A stretch of 64,000 nt of DNA from Azolla caroliniana (GCA_043228905.1 JBHGNT010000004.1:10726001-10790000), one strand, 5' to 3'. Positions 25,290-38,697 are shown, numbered from the stretch's first letter. A program made the numbers and translations. The notes: generated from the letters alone by a model not told the origin.

Positions 25290-27022
25290 ATGAATTTTAA
25301 AGTTATACTAAACTTTATCCCATGTAAATATTCTAGATATACATGGTACAAAAAGTTATTCATGCATACACACTCGAGTTATAAGAAAAGATGGGATAGA
25401 AAGTTAATCATGCACATGTAGTGTGCATGAAAACTAAAGTTAGGAAAAGCATGATGCTTGCATGTGATAAACTTAGACTCTTTCAACACTATATAAGGAA
25501 GAGAGAAAGATGTATAGGGTTGTTGATTTTTTTTTTAGAAGGATTGTAAAGAATCGGATATGATTCTTGTGAAGCGGAAGAGATGTGAGTTATGTGTGTG
25601 TATGAGAGAGAGAGAGAGTGAGAGAGAGAGACAAGGAGTAAGACACAAAGAATACGCAAGGTAAAAGTATATTAACAAAGGAGAAAGACTCAACATAATA
25701 CAAGCTGCGAGGAGGGTGCTTTATATAGTCACCCTCTCTCTTCATTAACTACAAGACTCATGGAGCATGAGGAATGTGAAAGCTCATAAGTTATGTGTCA
25801 TAGAATATGATTCTATGACTCATACTAAATGCTAGAATACAAAGTGGTGACTTAATGGTGACTCTTGATCGTTGGAGTTTCTATTCACTCTCAAGGTGAG
25901 TTCACACACTAAACCAAGTTGAGCTTGATTCTCAACACGCCCCCTCAAGCTCAAGTCGGGTCGGTTTCAGACGGTATCCGAAATACGCTTCGACTCGCAT
26001 TTATGCGGAGTTGCGGAATCCGTGCTCCAGCTTGCGTTGTGCGTAGTTGCGAAGTCTGTGCTTCGGCTTGCGTCTTTCTTCGTGGCTTTGCACGGTAGAT
26101 CGACTCTTCGCGGCTTCGTTGTGCGGTTGCGTAATCCACGCGTTATTGCGTAGCGTCTTTAGTACTCCCCCTCAAGCTTGGCAGGTCAAGGATTGTCAAT
26201 CCGAGATCGGTCATGAATTGCCACAGCTTGTCGGCTCCTAAGGCTTTAGTGAAGATGTCGGCTATTTGAAGATTTGTGCTAATGTGTTGTAGGTTGACAT
26301 CGCCAGCTAGAACGCGCTCTCGGATGAAGTGATAGTGCACTTCGATGTGCTTTGTCCGCGCATGGAACACCGGGTTTCGAGCCAGATAAATACTGCTCAT
26401 GTTGTCACAGTAAAGGGGAATCGGATCCTTGATGGGTATGCCCAGATCCTTGAGTATCCTTTTGAGCCATACAGCTTCACATGCGGCCACTGCCACGCCC
26501 CTGTATTCCGTCGTTGTGCTTGAAAGGGCGACAGTTGATTGCTTTTTGCTGCTCCAGGAGATTGCTCCGCTACCGAGGGAGAAAACAAATCCAGAGGTTG
26601 ATCTTCTATCAGCTTTGTAGTCGGCCCAATCGGCATCTGTGAACCCTTTGAGTCGTATCGAGTCGTATTGGTATCGCGGTCTTGTAGAGGATGCCGCAAT
26701 CCATTGTGCCGCTCACGTAGCGTAGAACTCGCTTAGCGCAATCCAAGTGAGTATCACGTGGTGTTTGCATGAATTGACTAAGGAGACCGACTGGATAGTT
26801 GAGATCAGGTCGTATGATCGTGAGGTAGATGAGACTCCCGATGAGTTGCCGATACTGAGTCGGCTCACACGCTTTGGTGCCGGAGTTCGCATCTAGTTTG
26901 AGATTGCGATCGAGTGGGTTTGCTTCGGATTTGCACTCATCCATTCCGAACTTGTATAACAACTTGAGGATGTAGTGCCGTTGAGAGATCATGATTCCGG
27001 CCGGAGTCCGAATTACCTCGAT

Positions 27023-27659
27023 GACCATAGGCATGTTGATCACATTCCCTCCCTTCAAGATCGCGTTCTTCATCACATGTTTCTCTTTTGTCGAGTTTGC
27101 CACGATCCTCGCAACGACCATAGGCATGTTGATGTTGATCTTGATATCTCTCTTCAAAGCCTTGTTCTTCGTCACATGTCTCTTCACGACTGCAACTACG
27201 CCGATCTTGATCATCTTCATCATCGTCACCGTCGAGCAAACCATGAAAAGGTTGAGGCCCGAAACTTGATGTCAGACCCGCTTCGTACAAATCCGGAACT
27301 TCTTGATATAGTCTTTCAACTTGATTTGCCAACTTGAGATACTCCAACGCTCTACCCTTTTCATCATGCAACATCATTTCAATGGCCTTCCTTACCAATG
27401 GAAGCATCTCGAGCCTCGGACCACCTTGTATTCTTATCAACTCCTCTAAGTCGTACGTTGCCAAGATCGCATCCTCCATTTGTAATGCCCCCATAACCAC
27501 CTTGTGTTGTTCACGTCGGGTTCACCAATAGATGTCGTGTGGCGCGTGACACACGTGCCAAACGTCGGAATGTGCGCGTCACAAGCGCAGACAAGCATTG
27601 GGCCTCTATTCGCTAGTGGTTATGGATGATGGGCAGCTGAAGTGACGCACTAATGTGGT

Positions 27660-27696
<37 letters not shown>

Positions 27697-28249
27697 AATT
27701 TGAGGAAGTTTTTAAGATAGATAGGTAGATAGATACACATCACCAATAAGATAACTAAGTATTCTTATTATTAATTTTCGATTTGATACATAGATTGATT
27801 CATAGATTGTTTGATTCATCCATTGATTGATCCCCCCCCCCCCATTACACAAGCCTTACAAGGGTTTTTATAGGTTTATCTATCCTTCTAACATGCACAA
27901 AACCATGGGCTTGAACCCATGGTTTTCGGACACACGGTTTTCCTTGTGGCATGCACAAAACCATAGGCTAAAACCATGGTTTTGTGTACACGATTTTGTA
28001 TGTTTGTTTCCTATGGAATACTAAATATGAGAAGGAAATATACAAAATCTAAAGCACTTAGTAGTAGCTTTAGTGGTAAGATAATTGCTTCCTATCTTAG
28101 AAGTGCAAGGTTCAAATCTTGCTTGCACCCTTCTATATGCACTTGAATGTCATCAGACCGTAGGCTAATTTTCATATATTATAATCATGTGTATAATGTG
28201 TGTGGAGCCACACTATTTCACAATTTCTCCCATTGGACACAAAGCATCA
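27023..28249 (-). mobile_element. Truncated Ty3/gypsy element D (5' LTR 27533-28249, PBS-Trp 27511-27527, gag start) inside the integrase of C
   Basis: The copia frame breaks after RIFGAI at 28250. TG..CA LTR followed by TGGTGAACCCGACGTGA. A deletion joins D to the copia RT near 27022. Confidence 0.82.
28058..28130 (+). promoter_or_regulatory. tRNA-like (A-box/B-box) cassette in the LTR of element D
   Basis: TAGCTTTAGTGGTAAG (28065-28080) then GGTTCAAATCT (28109-28119). Confidence 0.6.
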
Positions 28250-29429
28250 CGATAGCGCCGAATATCCGGGTGTGCGATAAGTCCGGCTTCTTTCCGAAGT
28301 ATTTTTCGTGCGGAGGACCTCGTGCACACCGGATGTTGTGCACCAGTTCATTAGGTAGACAGCCGTATTTGCAGCTTCGGCCCAATAAGACTTGGGCATA
28401 TGCTTCTCGTTCATCATGGCCCGCGCTACTTCAAGGATGTGCCGATTTTTGCGCTCGGTAACTCTGTTTTGTTGCGGAGTGTGTCGGCAAGTGAATTCTC
28501 GCCGAATTCCTTCCTTTCAGAGATACGCCATGAAATCGTCTGAGAAGTACTCCTTGCCACCATCCGATCGAAGACAACGTACATGTCGGCCCGTGGCTTT
28601 CTCAACTTCATTCTTGAATGTTTGGAAGTGTCTGAACACTTTGCTCTTTTGCCGCATCGGGTAGATCCAAGTGTGCCTGGAGAAGTCGTCGATGAAGAGC
28701 ACGTAATATCGGCATCCACCAAATGTAGCCGTCTGCGTTGGTCCCCATACGTCGAAATGGACTACGTTGAGTAGACAAAGGCTCACGTTCCGCTCTTTCG
28801 AGAATGGGTGTCAGTGTTGCTTGCCGAATTGGCACGCTTCGCATACACCTTCCATCTCCTTCTCTTTGAATGTTAGGATTCCGATGACGACTCCTTTCGA
28901 TTTCATTGCTTTGAGTTTGTTGAGATTGATGTGGCCGATTCGCTTGTGCCAGAGCTCTATGTCGGAGTCGACTTTCATGCCCTTTGCGAACATGGCCGAT
29001 TTCATCTCGTGTGAGTCGAGAATGAACATTCGGCCCTCTCTTCGTCCGCGTGCGATGAGTCGGCCCTCTTTTTCGATGAAGCAACCGCCTTGATTAAATC
29101 GAACTTGCATCCCTTGCTCTACAATTTGGCCGATGGAGACCAAATTCTTCGTAATGGTCGGTACATGCAAGACATTTTTAATGTAGTTTTGCTTAACTTC
29201 TTTTCCGAACGGAACATTGCCGATGTGCCGAATCAGGTGTGTAGTGTCATCTCTGGTTTCGACATAGTCGGGTTGGTCCGGCTCTCAAAGTTCTCGGAAC
29301 CATTCTTGATGCGATGTCATATGGTTCAAGGCACCGGAATCGATGAACCATACGTCTTCCGGATTAGAGGCACTGGTTGAGGTAGAGGCCGACATAGAGT
29401 TTGCTTTATGTTTCATCATGAACATTCTG

Positions 29430-29600
29430 CCACTGTCAGAGTTGTGTGCATACATTCCAGCACGATCTTCGTAGTCGGAGTTGTGCCCGTACATTCCGCC
29501 ACGGCCGGAATTGTGTGCATACATTCTGCCACGATCTTCGTAGTCGGAGTTGTGCCCGTACATTCCACTATACTCTTCGTAGTCGGAATTGTGCGCGTAA
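29430..29600 (-). repeat. In-frame tandem repeat (about 39-bp unit, 5 copies) between the zinc knuckle and protease of element C
   Basis: Translates as YAHNSDYEEYSGM-YGHNSDYEDRGRM-YAHNSGRGGM-YGHNSDYEDRAGM-YAHNSD. Confidence 0.9.
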
Positions 29601-31268
29601 TTCGAGAGTTGTCGGCTTGTGGAAGTCGTTTCGCGCATCTTCTTTTGGCACTCTTCTTCATGGTGGTCGAGCTTTCCGCAATATCCACATTCGGTTGCAT
29701 TTTGACGGCTCGGGCCAGAGTGGATGCTCCCCCTTCTTGTAAAGGTTCCTCGTTAGCTTCCGTTTTGTGGCCGAAATTGGGAGTTATTGTCGTAGGTCAG
29801 ACCTCGTCCGCCTTGTCCTTGGCCAAATCGGCCTCTCGCTCATCCGCGTCCTCTTCCTCCGTTCGAGTGCGTGTAGAGTATGTGGCCTTCTGACTTGTTG
29901 CTCCTTGTACACACGTTTTCTTCGACTAATAGCATTGATTAGAGATCGAAGAAGGAGGGAGATTTCTCCCTTGCTAGAACAGTGGTTCGCATCGCGCCGA
30001 ACCGTGGTGCGGGGCCGCCGAGGCATATTTGCACCATCTCATCATCATCTATACTTACGCTTATCGAGCCGAGCGAGTCGCAAACCTCCTTGATCTTCAA
30101 GGTGTATGTCGTGATGGACATGTCCCTTTGTTGGATGTTGTTCAACTCTTGGCGGAGTTGAAGCCTTCTTGCGGTTGTGTTCGCCGCGAAAATCTTTCGT
30201 GGATTTTCCTATGCCTCCTTCGGCGTCTTGGCTTCGCGAATGTAGCCGAGCATGTGATTGTGAACACATGTCGCCAAGCAATAAATCACGCGGCTTGCGG
30301 CTTGCTCCCATGTTGCGTATCCGGGAGCCGCTTCGAAGGGTCGGTCTTCGTGCTCTCCTTTGATGTAGCTCCAATAGCCTTGTCCGACAAGGTATTGGTG
30401 CATCTTGTACTCCCAAGATGCGAAGTTGTTTCGATCCAACTTCTCGGTCTAGGGAGAGTGCTCCCCTTTTGAGTATTCATTATGTCGATTCTTCTTCTTC
30501 TTCTTCTTCTTCTTCTCTCTTCGAATGCGAGCTATGTAGCGAAGCTACGATAGCAATGAGCCGGTTCTTGGTCGTCGGCGTAGAGCACAACACACGATCA
30601 CGATGAGGTGAATAGGCTAGATCGAGCTACCAAATCGCTCTGATACCATGTAAAGAATCAGATATGATTCTTGTGAAGCGGAAGAGGTGTGAGTTATGTG
30701 TGTGTATGAGAGAGTGATTGAGTGAGAGAGACAAGGAGTAAGACACAGAGAATACGCAAGGTAAAAGTATATTAACAAAGGAGAAAGACTCAACATAATA
30801 CAAGCTGCGAGGAGGGTGCTTTATATAGTCACCCTCTCTCTTCATTAACTACAAGACTCATGGAGCATGGGGAATGTGAAAGCTCATAAGTTATGTGTCA
30901 TAGAATATGATTCTATGACTCATACTAAATGCTAGAATACAAAGCGGTGACTTAATGGTGACTCTTGACCGTTGGAGTGTCTATTCACTCTCAAGGTGAG
31001 GTCACACACTAAATCAAGTTGAGCTTGATTCTCAACAAGGATTGATTAATACAAAATATTAGTGGGATTCACGATTTTACCATCTAATTCTCTCTTACAA
31101 TCTAATTACCCATTAATACATTATACTCGTGGGATTCACGAGTTTCATATCTTCTTCTTACAAGCTCTTCCTAACTAACATTATCTCATATTCTTCGTTC
31201 TCCTAGTCCAAAACCCCAACGGTTCCCACCCGACTCACGCAAACGATCTGGTGCCGAAAGGCATGACA

Positions 31269-32920
31269 ACGGCGCCCTTGTGCGATTACTTTGCCTTCCT
31301 CTTCTATGAAGCAGCCGAGATGCGTGAATCGAACCTGCATTCCCTGGTCGATGATCTGACCGACCGACACCAGGTTCTTCGTTATTGTTGGGACGTGCAT
31401 CACGTTCATGAGTTTCCCTTTCTGCCCAACGTGGCTGAGGGGAACTTCACCGACGTGTTTGATGGTATGCGGAGTGTCGTCTCCAGTTTCGACCAATCCT
31501 TGTTTTTCCGGCCTCTCCAAGTATGAGAACCATTTCTCGTGACTCATCATATGATTTGACGCTCTGGAATCAACATACCACACCTCGCTCAATTTCAAGG
31601 TATTCACGGCCATCGAATTAGCCTTGTGCTTCATTACGAAGGTAGGGCTTGATCCATTCTCAGCTCGTTCGGAGCCTTCTGCGTAGTGCGATCTCTGACG
31701 CCTCTCTGCGTCTCTTCGGCTCGATCCGACTTTGTCTGAATCGGCTCTCATTTTCTAGCATTCGCTCTCCTTGTGGCCTTTCTTGCCATTGTACTAGCAT
31801 TCCAACGTGGCCTTCTCTTGCTGGCTTCCGGCATCGCCATGACTCCCCCTGCTTGTGGAGGGTCCGGAACTACTGTCGGCATTTCGATTATGCCACATGT
31901 TCTGCTCTTGTCGGTCGCCTCCATTGCGCGCCAATCCGCTTCGTCCACCACGACCACAGGGCCTATCGTCCTCCATGTACAACATCTTGCCGTCAGCGTG
32001 CGTACTCGTTGACGCACCCACGTGGTTTTCCTCTATGAGCAACATCGATTGAAGCTCGAAAAACGAAGTTGTATTCTCCCTTGTACAGACTACCGTTCGG
32101 AAAACTCCGAACCTAGACGCTAGCCCACCAAGCTACACTTGCACCATCTCATCCTCCTTGACGTTCACGTTGACGGAGGTGAGTGAGTCAAAGATTTCCT
32201 TGATTCGGGCCGTGTAATCGGCCACAGACAGATCTTTCTGTCGGACATTGTTGAGCTCCTACCTGAGCTGCAGCTTCTTGGTCGTTGTGCTTGCGGCGAA
32301 AATCTTTTTGAGATTCACTCACGCATCCTTTGGCTTCTTAGCATCCTGAATATAGCTCAATAGATGGTCGCTCACACAGGATGCAAACCAGTAGAGAACT
32401 CTGCTTGCCGCTTCTTCCCAAGCCGAAAAATCTCTGTGTGTCGAATCAGGTGCTACATCATTAGCTCCTTCGACATAACTCCAGTAATCGTGACCGAGCA
32501 GGTACTAGTGCATCTTGTACGACCAAGATGTGTAGTTGCTCTTGTCGAGCTTTTCTGTCGTTAGCAAGCTTCCCATACCTCTGTCCATATTACTGTCTTT
32601 TTCTTTTCGAAAAAAAAACGAAGAACAACTTCAACTCTGTTTTGTCGCAAGCTTTTCTTGTCGGCTGCAGAGGACTTCAACCCTCGCGCTCTGATACCAT
32701 GTAAAAGAATACATGTGTGGAAGCGTGTGCGTAAACACAGAGTACACATTTCGGAAATAAGACAGTTCGGTAAACGTAGAAAACACAGAGATGGAGATGG
32801 ATATGGAGAGACAGAGAAAGAGAGCAGACACACAACTCTATTCAAAATATTTCTTAGTTTGTGCTCAGTGAGCATATTTTATACAAGCCCTGACAATGGA
32901 CAAAGTCTATTATACCAACC
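31269..32920 (-). mobile_element. Ty1/copia element E, upstream part (gag, protease, PBS-Met 32688-32699, partial 5' LTR from 32700)
   Basis: WYVDSRASNHM protease; gag paralogous to element C; TGGTATCAGAGC next to the LTR terminus. LTR truncated near 32920. Confidence 0.88.
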
Positions 32921-32923
32921 CAG

Positions 32924-33995
32924 ATGGCTTCAACATCTGACTTGTCAAAAATGAGTCTAAGGAAGTTCGACGGATCGAACTTCAACTTTTGGAAGGAGCA
33001 GATGCAGGACTATTTAATAGTCAAGGGGCAAATTGACCCTGTTGAGAATGAAGTCCCTCCAAAAGGATACAAGTCGCTTGAATGGGAAAAGCTCTACAGA
33101 ATCATCCGAACCACCATTCAAATGCACCTATCGGAGTCTGTGTACTTCATTATGCAATCGTGTTCGACTGCCTTCCAACTATGGAAGACACTTTCAGACA
33201 CTTACAAAAAGAAGGTTGTCGCCACCAAGATATACCTGATTCGGCGCCTTTATAACCTTCGAATGAAAGAGTTTGACTTGGTCCAGGCACACCTGAACGA
33301 GTACGAAAGCTTAAGCTCCCAAACTTCGGCCCAAGGGACAATTATCGAGGATGAACTAAAAGCAATGTTGCTCATGAGTAGTCTCCCTCCCTCATGGGAA
33401 ACTTTCGTTACAACCGTGTGCAATGCGTCAACAGTTGCCGTTAAGTACTCCTCAGTCACGAGTGCAATTCTAACTGAAGCAACTCGGAGAAAATCGTTTG
33501 CTAACGATTCAGCCAACAACGCTTACATAGTACAAGGTTCGACCGACCGATTGAACTACCGTGGAAGAAGTTCTTCACGGCAGCCGAATAATCAACGAAG
33601 TCGGAGCAAGTCCTAGGATAATCGAGTTTGCAACTACTACAAGAAACTCGAACACATCAAAGCCGATTGTCGTGCACTCAAGGACAAAAACGAGAAGGCT
33701 CAGCGAGCCGAGCAGAAGAGTGGCCGACACGAGGAGATCAACTACATCAACTCTTTGGCTGAAGTATTGACAAACGACCCGAATATACTATCAATTGAGA
33801 ATTCAGTCGAATCAGAAGTTATGCTTACAACTGAAGAATCGAGCACATGGCTCTTAGATTCGGGTGCGCCCTTTCATGTGACTCCTCATCGATCCCAATT
33901 TCGGCAATACACGGCCCGACATTCCGACTCAGTTCGGGTAGGAAATTCGCAACATTGCGACATAATTGGAATCGGCACGGTAGAGGTCAACCTGC
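32924..33995 (+). mobile_element. Ty1/copia gag-protease fragment (element F)
   Basis: KFDGSNFNFWK, LIRRLYNLRM, LLMSSLPPSW, decayed knuckle, WLLDSGAPFHVT. Confidence 0.88.
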
Positions 33996-34121
33996 TGGTG
34001 GCTTTACATTATGATTGGTTTCCAACAAGAAGGGCTAGTTCAAATAGACATTTATCCCACTATGATTGCAATGATGTGGATTACGCCCCAATGTTTTGAG
34101 CTTCCAGTATGACTAGGTGGA

Positions 34122-34735
34122 TGTTAAAATCTCAACAACCTCTTGGGTCTTGCCTTGCCTACACCAATCAACCGAGTCTATCTATTATTGTCCTTTTGGT
34201 AGACTAGGAACCCAATAGTTTCATCAATATCAACAAATTTCCCCCACATTGTTTATCGATATCACAATTTTCAAATGATTTGCATTGCACACATTGATTT
34301 GGTATTATGAATCAAATATTATGATAAGCAACCACACTGATTTTAAGATAGGAATGGTATAAGGATGTTTAACCACATTGAAAATCACCAAGAAATGGAC
34401 AAGATACAAACATAAAATACCATCAATATCCCATACCGCCAAATATATGGTAAAATCCAAAACAAGAGAGATTTGGCTCACAATAGAGTTTTGAAATCAT
34501 CTCAAGATGCCCTAATAAGGGGATATCTTGTCCCATTTATATAGCCCAACTCTTTAGGCTCCCTAACTGCCACACGTTCCCACGTGTCCAAGTCCTAGGA
34601 TAACTAGTTTCCCGCTTATCCTACCTTTTAATCATTGGGATTCACCTTTGTAATTGGTCCCTAAGGTTGTGTTATAACATTCAAGTTTTGGAAATTATGT
34701 ATATGTATAGTGAATGATATGTTGATTTCTCAACA
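34122..34735 (-). mobile_element. Probable solo LTR
   Basis: TGTT..AACA termini with a copia-like end (TGTTGAGAAATCAA on minus). Flanks GTGGA/GTGAA form a 5-bp TSD with 1 mismatch. TATA-like motif near 34540. Confidence 0.55.
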
Positions 34736-36498
34736 GTGAAGCGCATTGGTAGATAAATGAAGGAGAAAATATTTTGCTCTCGTGGAAGCCATATATGCTA
34801 CATTGTAGTCCATCCCCACCAAAATATTCCTACTCTCTTCTCTTTCTTTGTTAACATTGACTTTAAAATGCAATTCTATGATTCCTACTCATTGTATTAT
34901 GGAAAATATATCGATGACAATGTTTTAAAGCTATCTTTCTTTGTAAGCATTGCCCTCTCATTTGTTGCATAAAAGAAACAGATGACAATACCATAACTAG
35001 GCCTCTTGTTGTAGTAAAAGGTAATGACAGTGTTGTGGAAAGAATAATGTATTGTTGTCAAAACAGTTTTTTGGAAGCAAAAGTGTTATTGTGCATGATG
35101 TCAATTGAATTGAAATCACAATATCAGATTGAAGAACACAACTTTAGGTTGTGGTTACAAGCTTTACCATTAAACCATCATTCTCAATAATATAATCTTT
35201 TTAAAACCAATAATTTATGGTAATCTTGGGGTTGCAACACAAGGGTTACCATTAAACCACCATATCCGTGTATTTTTCTTTTGCAATGCAATAAGATAAC
35301 GTGGTGAATCTATAACCAATTATTGGTGGGCACATTTAAATTACAAAGCCTTGTATATTGTGTATTGGCATTATGCATCACAAGTTTATTTTGTTTTAGA
35401 GCAAGCTTTTGTAGATGTTCTCTTACATTAGTAATTATGAGTTTGAATTTAAGGAAAAATTTTACTTATATATTAACTATGTGAGTGTTTACAGCATGAT
35501 GATACCAACATTTCCCATCTCTTGCTTTCGTAAAAGCTTGCAATGAGAGCGTTTGAATGTAGTAAAGCATTATTTGCGTTGATGTCACTAGGTTCTATTG
35601 ATTTTGTATTTTCAAAATTTGTTAAGCATAGGATTTAGTTGGTAAAGAGAGGCTTGTACTTTTGCAACATCATGCGCCTTCAAGATGTGGTTGTGCTTTT
35701 TTCTAGTAAAAATGATGGAATAGCCACTAAAACTATTGTTGCATTCAAGGCACCAAAGTATATTTTTCAAGCTATATGGTAATAACGTACTTGCTTTTTC
35801 TAAATCAAAAGCTCACTATGTGTCAACTTCAATGATTTAGAACATGCAAGTAGACACAGATTACAGTGTAATGTCTCATCAATGATGAGAGGCTCAAGGA
35901 CATTACGAATAGAGAGCAAATCAGATTATGTAAACAAAGACCTATTAAGCAAATCTCATGGCTTTCATCGATCCTATACCACATTTATGTGGATCTTGTT
36001 ATGTCTTCATTTGGACGTGGTCTTACTATTATGAACATGTGCCAATTGACTCTCTTTTGATTGGACAATTATTTACATCTGTGAATTCAACCTTTCTATT
36101 ATCACATCTTGTGAAACACAATAGTACCAAAAAGTACAGGGAGTTCGTATATTGGTAAGGAAAGGGCAAAAATATATAACAAATTGTACAAAAGCAGTAA
36201 ATCCAGGAAATTAAAAATTGAGAAGTATATTTATGCACGAGAGCTTTTCCTCGTACTTCCGGTCATGCTAAAGAGCTGTAATATTTCCATCACAATTCTT
36301 CTTTGTATGGTACATTCACCAAATTTGATATAAAAAAGTAATGAATGGAAAGAACTTATATACACAAGCAGCAAGCCGAAAGCTCCTTACTGAAACAGCA
36401 AATAAATCTTTAGGCTTCACATTGAACAGGGAATTCTTTATTGAGATTATTCATGTAACAGCTACTTCAAGCATTGGAAATGGGCATCATAATGGAGA

Positions 36499-36744
36499 TC
36501 AGTTATGTTTGACTGAGAGTCCCAGATCTCCTTCATTAGCCGAATGCAACACACCGTTGCTGATGCTTCCATCTTTCTGTTTTTGAGTGTATTTATTCAC
36601 ACCCCATATTCTAATGGTGTGGTCATCACCAGCTGATGCAAACATGTATGGATTCACAGGGTTCCAACTGACACAATTTACTGTTCCTGAATGTCCTGAA
36701 AGTATTTCTATAATCTCTTCATTTTGACGATGCCATATATAGAC
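36499..36744 (-). CDS. WDR26: WDR26-like gene, exon 4 (with stop)
   Basis: Follows an 83-bp GT-AG intron: [34 protein letters not shown]. Confidence 0.92.
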   Translation of the reverse strand, partial: VYIWHRQNEEIIEILSGHSGTVNCVSWNPVNPYMFASAGDDHTIRIWGVNKYTQKQKDGSISNGVLHSANEGDLGLSVKHN

Positions 36745-36827
36745 CTGCAATCCCAGAAATTCCTGCAATTATTTATGGATCCATAAGAGGGGAAAGAGGA
36801 GGTAGAACAAGTAAAACGTTTAAGAAC

Positions 36828-37451
36828 CTGAGAATCTTCGCTACCGCTCACAACAAATGCTTGATTAGATCCTCCAAAGCAGGACCTGATCACAAAGCGC
36901 TTCTGGTGGTAACCTCGATACTTCGACAAAAGTTTGGTATTATCTGTGACATCCCAGAGATGGATCTCCTGGTTTGTCAAAGTCAACAGTAAAAACCTTC
37001 CATCACTTGACACAGAGAGTGAAGTGATCAAATCCTCCTCACTGATCAGACGCTCTTCTTTAGTTTCTAGGTTATAGATCCTGATAGCTTTACCAGCAAC
37101 ACTGATCATATGATTCCCATCTGATGAGACTGCCAAATCATGTACACGTGGAACTCGAGCTCCCTTCCAAGAATCTAGCTCTTTTCCTTCAATATCCCAC
37201 ATATATATGCATTTATCATCCCCACCAGAGATAAATCTCTTTCCATCTGGAAACCAAGCACATGCAGCAAAATTACAATTCAGCTTCTGAAAAGTGTATT
37301 TACACTCGCCAGATTCAACATCCCAAAGTTTAACTATTTCTTTGCCACAGGTAAGAATCATATGATCATCTGGACTCCATGCAACAAAAGAAACATGATT
37401 CCGATGGCCAGCTAATGTGTACTTCAACTTCACATGACCATTCTCTATAAC
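36828..37451 (-). CDS. WDR26: WDR26-like gene, exon 3
   Basis: AG/GT-bounded 624 bp of WD40 repeats ending FVIRSCFGGSNQAFVVSGSEDSQ. Confidence 0.92.
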
Positions 37452-38391
37452 CTGATCACATAAAATCTATTAGCACACAATTCAAACATTATAATGAACC
37501 GTAAATTCAACACAGATATGGCATAATCATATGTAAGAAAGAATATAGTCAATATAAAGACAGGACAACAAAAAATGTGCCATCCAATATGCACATTCGA
37601 CTCAACATTTTCATGTATTTTCCTTCAATAATAGAATCAGTAAATGAAAAATAAACCAGAGATACAATTACAACAACCTTTCACATGCTTCAATTGCAAA
37701 CAAACTATCAAAGTTGCACTGGAGGGCAAACCTCAAACAAGGTGCAGAATACGAGACATAAAAAGGAAATGGGATAGCGAATAGGAATCTCAAAAATGGT
37801 TGTCCCCTGTGACCATGCAGACATTGCATCTATCACCGTTTAAACCTTCTGGCTGCACTTTATAAGTTTTATGCACCTCTATCCATTCAAAGACTTGTAT
37901 GTAAGAGCATATTTAAGTCTTTCTCATTCCTTTGAATCATCATCAAGCTATTGCTTTTCTAAGCATCTCTTTGACACTCCTAATTCATCTCGGAATATTC
38001 TCTATGATCCCATTTTTTATTTCTCTTCATGATCTCCTTTTCTTAAATAACCCTTCAACTGGTGTGATATGGCCATACTAAATGTGCTGTGGATACATCT
38101 TGTATAATATCCTCAGTCTGTTGTTTAAAAATCAAAATCCTATGCAGACATTCTTTTGGCCATCTCTGAGAGTTTTTGGTACGTTTTTTAATGGTAGAAG
38201 CCCTTGGCATTCCCATAGAATCTATGCACCATTGAAGTTTGGAATGAACCCAACTTGAGGTCCTGACAAATTGAAAAAGATTTCTTGCTATTTTGGATCT
38301 TCTTCTCCCTCCTTTTACAGATGTATTTTCATCTTTGGGGACCATGAAAAACTGTGTTTTCGAGATTGTTAGGGCTAATTCATTGACTAAA

Positions 38392-38697
38392 GAGGTTAGA
38401 GAATATTGTAATGCTGTATCAGTGACTGATCAGAGACTGTTTTTGTCATACCGAACATCATTTTCTTTGGGATCCCGTCTTTTTCAACCTACATCCATGT
38501 CATTAATCCTGGCTTTGCCATATAAATCTGTGGGTTCCCGATTTGTCGACTACGGAGGTTAGAGAATATTATAAAGCTGTGGGAGTGACTGATCAGAAAC
38601 TGTTTTTATCATACTGAACGTCATTTTCGTTGGGTTCCCGTCTTTTTCAGGCTACATCCATGTCATTCATTTATCCCAGCTTTGCCATATAAACCTT
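38392..38697. repeat. Two-copy tandem duplication (period about 163 bp) within a probable decayed retroelement in intron 2
   Basis: GAGGTTAGAGAATATT..GCTTTGCCATATAAA at 38392 and 38555. A knuckle-like CNVCMVTGDNH lies nearby on minus (about 37800). Confidence 0.75.

Larger units (their letters stand above)
25545..31037 (-). mobile_element. Ty1/copia element C inserted in the 3' LTR of B. LTRs 30649-31037 and 25545-25937, PBS-Met 30637-30648, 5-bp TSD AGGAT, internally deleted
   Basis: LTR pair differs by about 9 substitutions outside a GA tract. AGGAT at 25540-25544 and 31038-31042. PBS TGGTATCAGAGC. Motifs WFIDSGA, LWHKRIGH, DVWGP, RPDL, CDNMS..RTKHIEVHYHF. Confidence 0.95.
18812..31268 (+). 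mobile_element. Full-length decayed Ty3/gypsy element B. 5' LTR 18812-19465, PBS-Trp 19470-19486, 3' LTR 25115-25544 plus 31038-31268, 4-bp TSD ACGG
   Basis: Paired TG..CA LTRs. ACGG at 18808-18811 and 31269-31272. G-rich PPT before 25115. Confidence 0.95.

Noticed and set aside
32650-32687. T-arm-like sequence (GAGGGTTGAAGTCCTC on minus) just after the copia E PBS
   Set aside because: Short, with no clear A-box; could be chance or ordinary leader structure.
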